DNA of 64,000 nt. Origin: Raillietiella orientalis. Its lineage: Eukaryota. The position numbers were made by a program, and so were the translations under genes. The notes under the pieces are model-generated. The model was not told the DNA's origin. It ran no database searches and saw only the letters and a program-made list of their open reading frames with translations. Every line of letters begins with the position of its first letter. The stretch's first letter is position 1. The stretch covers positions 4,898,001-4,962,000 of the forward strand of contig JAYWIR010000002.1 of NCBI GenBank assembly GCA_036172245.1. The letters run 5' to 3'. This document shows, in pieces, positions 14,711 to 28,949 of the stretch.

Positions 14711-16164
14711 AACGAAGCTCACGATTTTCTCAGATGAAAGTGATCTTTTTTAAAAAACAACAATGCATCCTAGTGTTCCTTTGGGAATTTTCTTCTATAT
14801 TTTGAAATCTCATTCTTAAACTTCATTTGACATAGTTATTTAAAAATAATGCCACTTGCTCAACATCTACTTGCTCAACTAATTGTTCAAGAAGAACTTC
14901 ATGCTGTTCTTAGATTCGTAATCTATGAATTTCCTTAAAGTAATCGAAGCAATTTATTGCAATGTCTCTGTTCACAGAGCCAGTCTTCACAGTATCATCG
15001 CTATTCATCATGTATTGTGTCACTTTCCCAATTAAAGAGACTACTTTGGTTTGCTTTCAAACTTTCGTCTTAATTAACAAACCTCTTGAAAAGCCATTTC
15101 CTTGTGAATTCCTCTTAAAAGTGGAACTCTTCTTGCTCGAGTCACGGGCATCGTTAAAGAAATGTTTTGGTGATTATCTCATTATCAGCAATCACGATTT
15201 TTTGTTGATTCTGAAACACATTAGTTGCCGAACCTTTTTTAGTTATTGTTTCTTGCACGCTTTTCTTCTCTCTGTTGTCTTTCATATATCTCTTCCCTTT
15301 TTCTCCTGATCTTGCTTTTTCTATTTTCTGGGAACTCAAAAGAGATGAAGAATAGCATATTCGCATAAATTAGCCAAATCAAAGATTACTGTCAATCAAA
15401 AATCTCTTAGTGTTCCATTGATCCTGAAATTCTGTTAATGCTTCAACAAATAAGGAATAATTTATGATGTTGAAACGCCTATAGTAACCAAAATATTAAT
15501 ATGAATAAAGAACGCTGGATATGAGAGCCACTGAAAAGATTATCTTGAATGCTAAAATAACTTCTATATATTCCAAGAAATTACTTTCAAACAGAAACAA
15601 AAATCCCAAGAAACAATCCTTAAAGAAGGAATGTTAGATAAAAATAAATGAGTCTTCCATTATAAGGAAATGAGCTATTTGAAATCAAACCACATAAAAT
15701 TTTAAAAAATCCGCGAGGAAAATATTCGTATCGATCAAGATTCAGATCTATGTGGTTTTGTTTTGTTTTCAGAAAAATCATCAGGTAAAAGTATAGTTCC
15801 AAAATTCTTTTGAAATTAAAAAGAAAGCGATTTCTTGTTTCCATTTCCTCAGATCAATTCTCACTTCAAAGGAAGATCTTCAGAAAAAAATGAATTTTTG
15901 AGCTCATTCTTAATAAATGCATTCGTTTTTCCACATGACTATTAAAAGTTTTTCATGACAGTAAATCAGTGGTGATTTGCTTGTTCCCTTGGTGATTCTA
16001 CAATAAGATACACTAAAAAAAAAAGAGCTACATATTAATAGGAAATTAGAAATGTGATCACCTTTCAAAGTGATGTAGTGTAGTCTGAATATTTGGTTTT
16101 CGGAACAAAGAGCTCTTTTCACAAGAGAATGGTAATTCCTATTTCATGTAAGCTTAACACAACT

Positions 16165-19100
16165 ATGTCGGGTAAGATAAGTTGTAGCATAACATATAGG
16201 AAAATACCGAAGGAATCTTGTAGAAATTGGGATAAACAAGGAAAATATGATTTGTAAGTAAACTATGTGGATCCTGTTTGTTTATTTTTCATTGCAAATT
16301 GGGTTTTTCTTAGTTTTATGTTAACGTATTGAAGTCATAAAAGGGAACACATTTGTTATATAAGCGGCACATACCGACCGTAATTAAGGAAGGCCGTGTG
16401 CTTTCGGTATTTTATTCTATCATAGTAATTTAGATTCAGTTGCATTCTACTCATATAATAATTTTTCGTAACAGTGCTTACGAGTATTCATATTTAATCA
16501 CTTTCAAGATCAAGTTTGCGTTGCAAGTGTTAAATTGATTCATCATTAATCGTACGGGGAATGATTTTTCTTTCATACTTTATATTCGAAATTAGATTTG
16601 AGTCAATTCATGCCATGATACTAATGAATCTGAAGTTTTGATGCTTGAGGTGAAGAGCCTTCTCATTTTTATACCAAAAGTTGATTGAATTTTCTTTTTC
16701 CTGTTAAAAAAGTACGTGTTGATTTTGTTGCAAATATGAATTTAAAAGGAGCATCCTAATTTGAAGACTGTTGAAATGCTTGATGCATTTATTCGTCTCT
16801 TTTTTTTTGTGCCATAGATAAGATGTTTAAATTAGGATCCCATTTTTACAACTAGAGAATCATAGTGCAAGTACTTTCAGTTTTAAAGATATTGAATACA
16901 ATGTTAAATGACTTAGTATAAGTCAGTTAACACTCAGTTAACACTGTCAGATCTAAAACTACAACTTTTAAATTAAGTTTGTCTGCTAACAAGTTTGAGT
17001 AATCCCATTTTGTAGTTCAGAAAGTAGGTGTTTTCATAAAAACTCAAAAAAGCATTTTCAAGTGAAAATCGTATAGTATCAGTTGTTAGGTACTTACTCA
17101 ATTCACTTTAATGATAAACAGCAAACTTAGTTTGGAATAATGTATAGGACATATGTGTATAGAATTGGAGAACTCTTTTAATGGTTGTCGCTCAGGCAAA
17201 AATAACTTTGATTTAAGTTTTTATTTGTGAGAGCTTACTTTTCTAGATGAGGTGAGCGCGTTTCAGATCTTTTGTGCACTTATAAGGTTCTAAAGTTGTA
17301 AATTATAATCTTTAAAGTTGAACACAGCATATTCACAATATAATGATAGATTGCAGGAAAGCTATAATTAATTTGTCTCCATGCCAGCGATTTTTTTATA
17401 GCTAGAGTTCATTTGAAAAAATACTTTTTGAGCTGCTCACATAGGGAAGTTTTGTGCCATTTGTTTGATTTCCAGTTTTTGATGATTTGGTAGAAAATTC
17501 GATTTGAGAATGCTGTCAGCTTTTCAATGGGTCATCTTTATCATGATAATGATGTTTCTGTTTAATTTTTAGTTGTAAAAATTCTCCCTTGGTTTTTCTC
17601 CTTCCTAGATAAGCTGTATTATTTTTATTCCCATTGAAATATTTGAAGTATAATATGAAATGCTGTTGATTTATGAGTGCAGGCTGGAGGCTTAAGAGTC
17701 TGTAAAATTTGCTCCAATTTCATAGTCGTTATGATATTGGTTTTGTTTGTAGATAGCTTGCTCGTCAAAGGACTATGGTAGCACTTACTTGTGCAAAGTT
17801 AAATTGCTTCCCAGTTGCCACAATTATTGGTGACATTTCAGAGGTGAACTAATGAATTGTATTATATATATAAAACTTCCAGTAATTCAGTTGTAATCAT
17901 TCATACAATAACTATTATTATTATTACAAGGATGTAATTAAATAAAAAAAATGGGAAGTTTTCATTTATGCAGTTTAAAGTATCTAAGTTCATTGCTCCC
18001 TCTTCCCTCCCAGTCACTTAGGATGTAAGATCCAAAGTAATGTGCCATTGCGCTACTTCACTCTGCAGAACTTTCACAATGAATCGTGCAGATCACCAAA
18101 GAATAAGAATAAATGGAAATGAAAAGCATCATATGGTGATCCAAATAAATTGTTGAAAATATTGGTTGACTGATAGCCTATTCTACAGTTATGGTGCTTT
18201 ACAATATGAGTTTGTATTTTAATCATTGTGACTATTTTTCAAGCCCTACTTAGTGATAAGTGAAAAAAATGTAACACATCTGATGTATGTGACGAAAAGT
18301 CTTTTGTGGACTCTAAAAGTTCTCAGCCAGCCATGACTTGTACTCATATGAAAATAAAAGGAAGTCCTTAGCAAGAAACCATTTAGCATAGAATGTATAC
18401 ATTAGAATACTCTATAGTTAGAAATGAGAATTGAACTGTTACAACGAATTCAGGGTTAATTGAAATCTGAAAACAGTTATAAAAAGAGCAATAGAAAGTT
18501 GCCAGTACATTGATTTCTAAAAGGGCAGTATTTAAGTTACATGTGAATACAAAATTCTGTATTCAGTCAGAAAATTGGTGCATAAAATTGATAACCATGG
18601 CAGGTATCATATATCTATGAGTGTCATTTTGACAGCAGTTTAAAATAACTTTTCATGCACTATAAGATATTTATTTCAAAATGCGATTACATAAAAGAAT
18701 GAAGATGCTTGCCTGTTGTGTTTTTACATTCTTGGCTTATAGCTTTGATGTCTTTGAATAGGAATTTTAAGAAAATGCAAATTTATTATTCTACTGTTTG
18801 CTGTAGCTCATAAAATTTCGTGCTTGATAGCACTGAGTTGGTTTCTTCAAATTTTATGTTTAAAAACAAAGTATACTGTCTTATATTTGGAATTTTTAAA
18901 ACTAGAGGTTAGGAAATTTCTCTTAGTTAGTGCATTTAGCTATCAATCTTGTCACATTTTTGAGATGCACTCTTGCAAGTTCCAGTTTCTCAGAGTAAAA
19001 TAAGACAGAAGAGGTTGTAGTGTGATGTGGAACAGAAGTTGCAACATGAACAAATGCAGGGCCTTTGCTGTAAGGTGTTCAAAGCAGACGGATTGCGTGA

Positions 19101-22100
19101 TCTCCGTTTTTATTCTAACTTTAAATGTATATTGGTTAGCCCCAGGACCCTGTTTGGGTGGAGGGGCATGCCACGGATGGTTCCTGCAGGTCTGACATGG
19201 AGGGCGGCTGCACTCCTGAAGCACTTTAGCTATTCATGTTGCACATGGAAGACGTGCAGGGTTGATTTCGGGTCCTTCTGGTGGCATTTTCCATGGAACT
19301 GATGCTGGCGTGGCTCACCTAATGTTGGTTTCTCTGCTTCCCAGTTTCAAGCTGTGCAAGTGTGCTGCCAACAACTCTGCAGGCACCGATGATACAGGTT
19401 AGTGTCATGTGTGAAGAGATATATCAATAATGGTTCTACAGCTCTCAGCCTCTCCCTGTATGAGTTGTTATGGCTTGGCATTTCTGGCCATCTATCTGAA
19501 GCAAATGTGGTTTCTACCCTTAGTGAGGTGCTGGTAAGATCGTTTTAGCAGTAAAATTTCAGTTTCTTACAAAACAGTGATAGAATTACAATCCTGAGAT
19601 GCCTTCAATACTCACTGATGTAATAAATGTTGTGGATACAGAAACTTTAGCTGGAGACGAGTCCCACTGTCGACGTACTTTTGTTTCTATCGTCAATGAA
19701 GTTAATCAGGTAAGTGTGCACAACATTATTCAAAAATGTGCTATTTTTGCATCTTAGCGATTACCTGATGCTTTTTTAAAAGAACGGATAGAGTTTGATT
19801 CTCTTGAAGATATGGGAGCATTACAGGGTGGACTGAAAAACAAAAAAAGTTTTTATACCAAATTCATAAAAGTGAAAACCAAATTATAGTAAGTAATGGT
19901 ACTGAAAATTAGCTCTCATTTTAGTTTCTAGCTATAAACAGCATAAATTCAATTTGTTACGTGAAGAAAGCGAAGGATATGCCAAATTGCTCTCTGAATT
20001 AAGTGTAGGTGAAGCAGTTGGTGCCGATGCAATGTTACGTGTAGTTCAATCTCTAATTGGTTGTTTCAATCTCGATCCGAACAGAGTTTTAGACATACTT
20101 TTGGAGGCTTTTGAAGCACAGCCAAATCAACATGCCTTTTTTGTTCCTCTCCTTAATGCTTATGCTTATGACACCCCAACACTCTGTGAAATTCTTGGGT
20201 TCAAATTCAGTTTTTACCACAGTGCTGAAGAGGAAGCTACACCAGCAAGTCTTTTTTTGCTCACTGCACAATTATTGCAGCATGATGTTATCACTTTGAG
20301 TCAAATATACCCTTGGGTGAGGAAATGAAACTTGTAAACATTCTTAAGAGATAGTGTGGGTTAGCTTCTTCCAGATGACTCTGTGATTCATCAAGAATAT
20401 GAGAAGGAAATGACAGAAGCTGCAGATCTTGCCAAACGTCAAATGATTGTATCTACTAAAGGAAATGGAGAGGAGCTAACAGAATCTCGTGAAACTGTTC
20501 CAGAAAAAGTCCGTATTTAATGTTGCTGGAGTGCATCTTTTTCTGTTTTTTTTGTATTTTAGTACGAGCAGAATCAAAAACTGGGATTGTTGGAAGCACT
20601 TCTTCAAATTGGTGCTTGGAATAAGGCTCAGGAATTGATGCGCCATTTCCCAGAATATTATGCCCCTATGCATGAAGAGATTGCCCTTTCCATGTCAAAA
20701 TTAGTGAGCGCTGTGATTGAGCCTGTTTATAGGCTTCATGCATCATTGCCACCTGGAATTAAGGGCATTCCTGTTCCTCCTATAGATAATAAACTCAGTT
20801 GTCCTTGTGCAAAATCTCTTCATGATTTGCGTCGAGATGCTTTCCCAATGCTCCTTGCACTTGGCCCCAACCTCTGTTGTGATCCAGTGCTTATGTATAA
20901 AATCATTCGATTAGCACGATATTGTGTGTCTAAAGTGAGTGAATATGAAATGAAGAAATCAGAATGTATATGCATGTATTGTAGCATCCTATGCCAAAGA
21001 ATGCAGTGGAATTATCAAATGCTTCTCCAGAAGCTGGGATGGCTTTTGATATTTTAACATTACTTGATGAAGTGCTTCTCCCTGCACTTTCTTTGTTGCC
21101 TAGCAACTGTTGCTTAGCTGAGGAATTGTGGACACTCTTGCATTTGTTTCCCTATCAGCAACGTTATCGTCTTTATGGTCTTTGGAAAAATGTCACCTTT
21201 CAGCGCCATCCTGCTTTGCTAAGACGTAAAGTTGATGCATTTCGTCGTATCAAGTTTGTCATGAAACGTGTCAGCAAGGAAACAGTGAAACCAACTGGTC
21301 GAACCATTGGAAAACTGAGTCATGCAACACCTGGATTTCTATTTGATTATGTAAGTATGCAAAATGCTTCACTCAAAATAATTTGCTTCGTAGATTTTGT
21401 CTCAGATTCAGATTTATGATAATTTTATTGGTCCTGTTGTAGATTCTCTCAAGTATTTGACTTCTCTTTCATATGATGTGTTGGCATATTGTATTGTGGA
21501 GGCACTAGCTCATCCTGATAGAGAGCGTACTAAACATGATGGAACATCCATCTCTGCATGGTTGCAGTCGTTGTCAGCTTTTTGTGGAGCTGTTTGTAAA
21601 AAATATAGTCTGGAATTAGGTGGCTTGTTGCAATATGTCGCCAATCAGTTAGTTGCACAGAAAAGTGTTGATTTATTAGTCCTAAAAGAAGTTGTACAAC
21701 GAATGGCTGGGATTGAAGCAGCTGAGGAAATGACAGAAGTACAACTCAGTGCTATGGCAGGTGGCGACCTTCTAAGATCAGAAGCAGGATATTTTGGTCA
21801 AGTGAGAAACACGAAAAAATCATCTCAGAGATTAAAGGAAGCATTGTTGGAAGAAAATTTAGCAGTTCCATTATGCCTGATCATGGCACAACAGCGCCAG
21901 TGTGTCCTGTTTAAGGAAACTGGAGCTGGGCATCTGAAGTTAGTTGGCAAATTGTATGATCAGTGCCAAGATACGCTGGTTCAGTTCGGTTCGTTTCTTG
22001 CTTCCAATCTGGGTATGGAAGATTACATAAGACGGTTGCCTAGTCTCCGGGATTTGCTCACTGACTATCATATTAGCTCTGATATTGCATTTTTTCTGGC

Positions 22101-24705
22101 ACGCCCTATGTTAACACATGCAATAGCTTCACGTCTTGATGAATTAAGGCGTGCAGATCGAAAGTCATTGGCAGCAAAAGAAAGAATTCAACGCTATGTG
22201 GAAGTTACCCAGCAAGTACTTCAGCCTGTGATAGAAGCTGTGCATCCTCTGCATAGTGCAAAAGTATGGGAAGATTTATCACCTGCCTTTTTTGTAACTT
22301 TTTGGTCACTTACTATGTATGATCTGGAGACACCAGCAGAAACCTATGAGAAGGAAGTTGCTCGACTTAAAGGCCAATCACAGCAAGCTAGCGAAAACAA
22401 GGAATTGGCCACTACAAAACGTAGAAAAGAACAAGAGCGATGTGCCACACTGATTGAGAGAATCCAAGAAGAAGAACGACGCCAGCGTGAACATGTTGAA
22501 CGAGTTATGGCAAGATTGACTCATGAAAAAAGTACGTGGTTTCCACCACGCTCTGCAAAAAATGAAACAGTTACTCAGTTTCTACAATTATGCCTTTTTC
22601 CACGGTGTACATTTACAGCCTCTGATGCATTGTATTGTGCCAAGTTTGTACATACAGTGCATAGTTTGAAAACACCTAATTTTTCAACTTTAATTTGCAT
22701 CGATCGTATTTTTTGTGATGTCACATATGCAGTTACATCATGCACAGAAAATGAAGCAAATCGTTATGGACGTTTTCTTTGTGCGATGCTAGAAATGGTT
22801 ATGAAATGGCATGCAAGTCGAGCAATCTTCGAGCAGGAGTGTGCCGATTTTCCAGGATTTATGACTAAATTTCGTGTAGCAAATGTTCACTCGGAAGCAG
22901 ATCATGTTGGTTATGAGAACTTTCGACATGTGTGTCACAAGTGGCATTACAAGCTGACTAAAGCTTTGGTTGTGTGCTTGCAGTCAGGAGAGTATGTGCA
23001 AGTTCGTAATGCTCTCCTGGTGCTCATTAAAATATTACCTCATTTTCCCATTGTGACAAATCTTTGTTATGTTGTGGAGCGCAAAATTGAAAGGGTGCAA
23101 GCTGATGAGAAAGAGCGTCGTCAAGATCTTTACATTCTTGCTACAAGCTATAGGGGGCAACTTAAAAATCGCAAAGTTCCCTTGATTCCAGAACAAGAGT
23201 TTCATTTGAAAGAAGGGAAAGCAGGAATACAACGTGCTGCTGTTGCTTCCAATACAACACCACCTCCAGCTACCATATCACCAATAACTTCCTTGCCAAC
23301 TTTGACAACAAATCCAAATGTGACTGTTTCTTCCACTGAAGATTCCAAACCCCTTATTTCCCCAACTACTTTAACAGTAACTCCAGATTCTCGCCAAATT
23401 CCCAAAAGTGAGATAGACCCTGTTCAAAGACGTGTGAAAGACATATCAGTACGTAATCCACGCAAGGAAGCGGAATCTTCAAATGAGAATGCTGTTCGTG
23501 AAAGTAACAAGCTTCCTCCTCAAGATTCCACAAGGGAAAGAGTGAGAAAAGAGCCATTACAAGAAAGAGTGAATGCCAGTCCACCATCTGGTGATTCCAG
23601 GCAAGCAACCAGTTTGAGGAGTCATTATTAACAAAGTATTCCAGCCCAAAAACAGTGAGAGAGAGAATTAAAGTAACAGGACCTAGCTCAAATACTACCG
23701 AATTAAAAGATCGTAGGATACCTAGGGATAGGGGGAAGGTAAATTTATGGTCATGTATCAGTTGAAAAAACAGTTTAATCTAGGATGAGCGTCTAAAGCT
23801 GGAAAAATCCCCCAGACCCCAGGACTTTGAAGAGGTAAGTCCAGATGAAGATCGCCTCACTTTGAAGGATTCACTGAGAGAAAAGACTCGTTCTATCCGT
23901 GATGACAAACCATTTAGACATCACCGAGAGTCAAGTGCTACTTCCACAGAAAGTACTGGTTCTAATTCCCAGCGACGTTCTAGTCAGGAACCTATAGAAG
24001 GGAGTGAACAAGGTAATCAGTATATATATATTTTTTTCTTCCAAAATATGACTATGCTGTAGATTTGAAACGGCGAAAAATTGATGTTGGTGTGCATATA
24101 TCCAAGGTGGGTCTTCTCTTGTCTTTGTTTGGCTGTAATCATGATGTTAGACCATTCGTGATGAACGCTCTGATAAGAAAAAAAAGGGAGTAAAGAGAGA
24201 GAAAAGCTATGATGATGAGAGTGGAGATAGACGGGAGAAAGAGCGGCGTTTAGATCGTTCTGACAAAAAGAAGGTCTAAAATTTATTTACAAAAATTTTG
24301 ATGAATTCAGATTTTCGTGTAGGATCTTTCAAGTAGCAATCTCATGCTAGATGTACGAAGGCGTAAAGAAGAGGAGAGCATGAGTAGGTGTTAAAGATGG
24401 TGGTCATTGGCTTTAAGCTTTGTTGTAGCACGATCCTCAGGGCGCTCTCCTTATGAAAATGGAGATGTGGACAAGGAAATGTATAAGGACAGGCATAAAC
24501 TGAAGGTAGGCCGAGGGATAGCCGCCCGGGGTTGCCATGCAGCGCCAGCTCTCGTGACCAGGGGTCGCCCTACGGAGCGAGGTCAACACGAGATAGTGAC
24601 AAGGACGTCAAGGACAAAAAATATCCTTTGTCAGGGATAAAACTATGTAAATCAATTTCTTTAACAGACAGCATGCAACGCAGCTGTGAGCGCAAGAAGA
24701 GGTGA
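16165..24705 (+). CDS. THOC2: THO complex subunit 2 (TREX mRNA export), multi-exon; 3' end uncertain
   Basis: Exon 1 at 16165-16253 ([15 protein letters not shown]; an in-frame upstream ATG lies at 16129) is followed by a 3.1-kb intron, and exon 2 starts at 19345. Conserved [80 protein letters not shown] and [11 protein letters not shown], then a charged low-complexity tail in small exons. AATAAA near 24756. Confidence 0.95.
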
Positions 24706-25899
24706 CATCCAAGTGTCCAGCTCTCCTTCACCACGGTCACCATCAGTTTCGTTCCAATAAAAGATCTTACGAGTTATGCAGTTTTTTAATTGCTCCCACA
24801 GGTTTATCCTAGCTAGTAAGCTAGTTCTTTAATTTGTTCTCTTACGCATTTTCATCTGTAATGATCTATCCAACAGATGAGTGAACAAGCTGAGAACACG
24901 CAGGCTTCTCAGGTAAACTCCAGCATGAAATTCTCAGTTGAAACAATTTTTTTTTTTAATGCATGTATAACACAGAGTCTGATGAGGAAAGTTACCAATT
25001 GAGCATTTTCATTGTGTTAGCTGGGGTAAGTGTGCCTATTTGCAAATGGTGTTTTCACAATTTGTAAACGTACTGTAATTTGGCCACTTGGATGTAAAAT
25101 TTGTTTTTGTCTAAGGTGCCAGGTTGAGCAACAGTGGCTGCACTATTATCAAGATTACTTTTCAGCAGTGCTGTATGTAATTATTTTTTGGTGTTTCGTT
25201 TGTGCTACTCAGCATATTTCCAAGTGAAATTTGAATTAAGATAGTAGTGCAACCACCCATGTGAAGAATCCAGAAAGTTGTTGAAAGATTGATGATACTT
25301 TGGACAGCTCTTGAGATTACTTCCAATTTACTGCATTGAAATCAGAAAACAGTGAAAACAGAATGAACTAACTTTTGCATAATAAACTTCATGTTTATAG
25401 AAGCCGTCTATTACTCCTTCCATGGCCAAACTCTCCGCAAAATGTTTTCTAACAAATGTATTCGAAACTTCTTGTAGACCTTTGTATATGATTTCAAAAA
25501 CTAATCCAAATCTGTAATTAACATCCTCGCTCCTTTTCTGCAGATTGACAGAGACAACATGAACAAATTTGTGATAGATCATTGAAAAATTATAAACGTT
25601 CTTCAGTCTTTTTAAAGGATTTGTATATTAAGTGCATGCCTGCCGAATTGTAAGAAATTTGCAAAGATTACTACTTTTCGCTTATATTGCAAAAGCACAT
25701 CTCTCTGACATGACGCATTCCATATCCGATGTTGAAATTCGATGTAAATCTCTTGGTTTCACAGTTAATGGTGAAAACTTTTCGTTTTATCCACCATTTT
25801 CCCCAGGTCCGACATGAGACGTGGTGAACTTATTAAGCTGAATAAGGTTTTATAGCAATCAACAAAAACGCACAGTGCATGTTCACAGTCTCTTCGGAA

Positions 25900-26900
25900 T
25901 TCTACTCTAATGAACCCACTCCAGTTTTCCTTTCAACCACTCTTGCACTTCCGACGGTGTCACTTAGGATAGGGTCATCTTGGACTCAACGAGCCACCGG
26001 CAGCTTTTGCCGGTGGATCGATGAATCCGGCAGTTTTTGCAAGATGTTCCTAAATGCCCAAGCGGGCATCCTTCCGTAGTTGAGGATCACAATTTCCTTC
26101 ATCATCAGTCCTTAAAAGATCTTCGTTATGGGCACATTTTTCCTTCGGCGCAGCTTCCACCTTCTCTCTTCATCTTCGTCATCACTGGCATGTGATGACG
26201 AAGGCTAAGGTCGCTCGCATCGTAGGGTTGTATGCCAGGACTGTCCCCCTGGAAAGGACCGCTCGGAGTGTCTACCTTCAACACGTCCCGGGGGCCGGCC
26301 TGTCACCTGTGGAACCACTTTCCAGCCGTGGATCAAGGTTCGGCAGGTGAGCACGTGGTGTTACGTTTCATTTCTCACTTTCCGTATGCTTTGCAGTCCT
26401 CGACACCTGCACTCTCCATGTTTGGTGCCTGAGCCGGGCATCCAGCTAAAGACCTCCGCAGTAAAACAGTAAAAGATCGTCTCGCGTGTCTGGTGATGGG
26501 TCCGTCTTGCAGATCACCGTGGCGATTTGCATTTTCCGGAAGCGGTGGTGGTGGTGGGTGCCTCGGAAGTGGTCTCATCCGCCGTGGCTAGTCTTCGAAC
26601 GCTTTCCTTCCAGTTTGTTTCTCGACTCGGAACCATTCCCCTCCTCCATCCTTGCAGAGGGCTCGGGTGTTCCGGATGACTCTGCCTCTCGTTTGGGTTG
26701 TACACTTGAACAGCCGCATCTCGCGGGGATCTCCTTGCGTGCCGTCCACAGCGCCCGGCCTTCCATCTTAGCCTCTAGTGAATCTCGTCGTTGCGTTGCC
26801 CACGAAACAAGGAAACACTGAAGTGAGACGAAACAAGGAATCACTAGGACCAGTCCCTTGTCCCAGAACTCCTTGCTCCTGGATACGGATCTGGAAACAA
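25900..26900 (-). mobile_element. Decayed GC-richer ORF-like segment, possibly a retroelement ORF1/gag relic
   Basis: Broken frames give RHPPPPPLPENANRHGDLQDGPITR, LKVDTPSGPFQGTVLAYNP and MKEIVILNYGRMP. No diagnostic motif. Confidence 0.2.
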
Positions 26901-28949
26901 GGGCTGGCAAGCATCGACTGGCTCAAATTGATGTTTGCCCGTTTTCTTTATCATGCCAACATATGAGTATGTTTAACTGTTCCCCTCCCCCCATCCTTGC
27001 TGCTGTTTTCGAAAATTCAGCTCGTTTGAGCTCTTCACTAATTTTGTTCTTAATTGCACTAGTGCCACGGAATCCATGCGGAGATGCAGAAATTGTTTTT
27101 GTTGGAAGTTCGCAAGTTGTACGTGAGCGGGACCGTTTGATAATACGTTAATGTTCCTTTCTTCGACTTTCATTTAACAATTAAATCATTTCGTGTGTGG
27201 CTTTTACATTGCCAGTTCAAAGTGATGGATGCTTTATATTTTTCCGAATTCCGAAGAACAGTGGACTCTTGGAGCAAATCTAAAGCAGGTACTTGCTCAG
27301 TTCAAATCTACAAAACTCCATAATTGCAACGGTTCATCCAAGCAATTAGGCACACTCCGAGATCTGTCTTACATTCCTCCCTGAACAATCCTGAAAGTCG
27401 AATATCTCTCTCATGAGCACTTTGTCTTCGGAAGGAAAAAAAGGAAAAAGACGCAAATTCAGCAAGACCGGAAAACAGTTGTTTCGCTGTCAGCCCGATT
27501 GGTTGCACCGTCTCTACAACCAGACCTTGTTTTGGAGACTTTTAGGATACGAAACGAGTTTTAGAAGGGGATTTGTCTAAGCATTCAACCCAGAGGATCC
27601 ATTTCCGTGCAATGATAAAAAGATGTACTTCTAGGAGATATGGGGCTCAAGTTTCTTATGTATCTGACATATCATGTGGTTGTTTGGAGGCTTAAAAGCT
27701 TGGAAGTAATGTTAGTAAAAAAAAAAAAAAAGCCTAAATGATGGGTAAAAGATTTAAACTAAAACTAACCTTGGAAACTGCAAAGCTTAAACAAAATTCC
27801 CGAGATAAAAATAAAGCAGGAAAAGTCTTTCAAAGATGAATCTGCTATTTCAGCTGATTTTGTCCATTTCTTTCGGGTCGAATCCTGTTTGACATTTGAA
27901 CGAAGTGACTCTTTGTAACCCTTGGAGTGAACACAGGGATTAATTACTGTGAAAAGCTGCTCGAATTACGACGCCAGAGACGCTCCTTTTTCCCCTGGAT
28001 GACCTCGCTTGACCCTGCTCCCCCGGACACCGTTCTTAGTTTCCTCTGCCTAGTTTTCGTGTGCAGAATTCACGGGTTCTGTGGATTGATGCAGACCCTG
28101 TCTACCATTTGTCTTGTCGGTTTTCGCCGGCTTTTCCAAACTGTAACTCTCGCGGTGAAGGGAACACGCTCATTCCAATTTCCGGGCTCATCATTTGCGT
28201 GGACCTCGGTTTCGTGGCGCCGAACTTCGAAGCGTCTCTTTTTGGGCTGTTCCGTTTTCACACGCAGCTCCCGCACGCAGTTCAGCGCCTTTCTTCTTCG
28301 ATCTTTCACTCCTTGCTCGAATTTGAACGGCTTTCCGAGGTTAGACACACTTCTCTCGTCACAGCTACACTCGTGTGCGCTACCATTTCCAACGCAAGTT
28401 GATCAAACATGTTTTTGCCACCCTGCATCCATGCATGCTGGGTATCGCTAAATTTTCGTTTCCTAGGCCGTTTCGGAATGTTTTCAACTCCTAGAAGTCC
28501 AAAGAAGGAAAGCTCTCACGACGAACGATCGCGCCCCATCGCGCCGGGTAAAAACGCTCGCGCGCGTTGCCGCGATCGAAAAGACGGTCGCGCACGTGGT
28601 CAACTCAACGAGACAAAAAAAAAAAAAGGGGTGGGAGGATGGGCGCGATCGCTGACGCGGGACTGTGCGCCTCTCTGCCTTCTCCGGACGCGCTTCTTAC
28701 GCGAGAAGAGGAATCCCGCACTTTGGGGTGCTTGTGGGTGGGAAGTGCAGGCCTCCCATGAGAAGAGACAGTTATGGTTGCTCAGTTATGGAAGCTTCGG
28801 AAGCTTCCTCTTCCGGAAGTGGAGGATGGGTGCCTCTCACGAATCTCTCTTCCTAAAACGGGAGGTTCTTTGGAGCCGGGGGCCTGTCCGAAGTCGCGGT
28901 CTACTTGGCCCACGGACACAAGCCGTCGCTACGGCTCGGGGCAGGCCGT

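Noticed and set aside
19020..19344. Intron-encoded RNase P RNA or a C/D snoRNA
   Set aside because: GGTCTGA is present but I find no CR-V complement (TCAGAC), and there is no perfect C box with a terminal stem. Kept only as an unassigned structured element.
25994..26016. Perfect 9-bp hairpin ccaccggca-gcttt-tgccggtgg
   Set aside because: No downstream CTRR Helitron end or other context; one such stem is plausible by chance.
28215..28229. tggcgccgaac resembling a tRNA-Lys primer-binding site
   Set aside because: Partial match only, with no adjacent LTR end identified.
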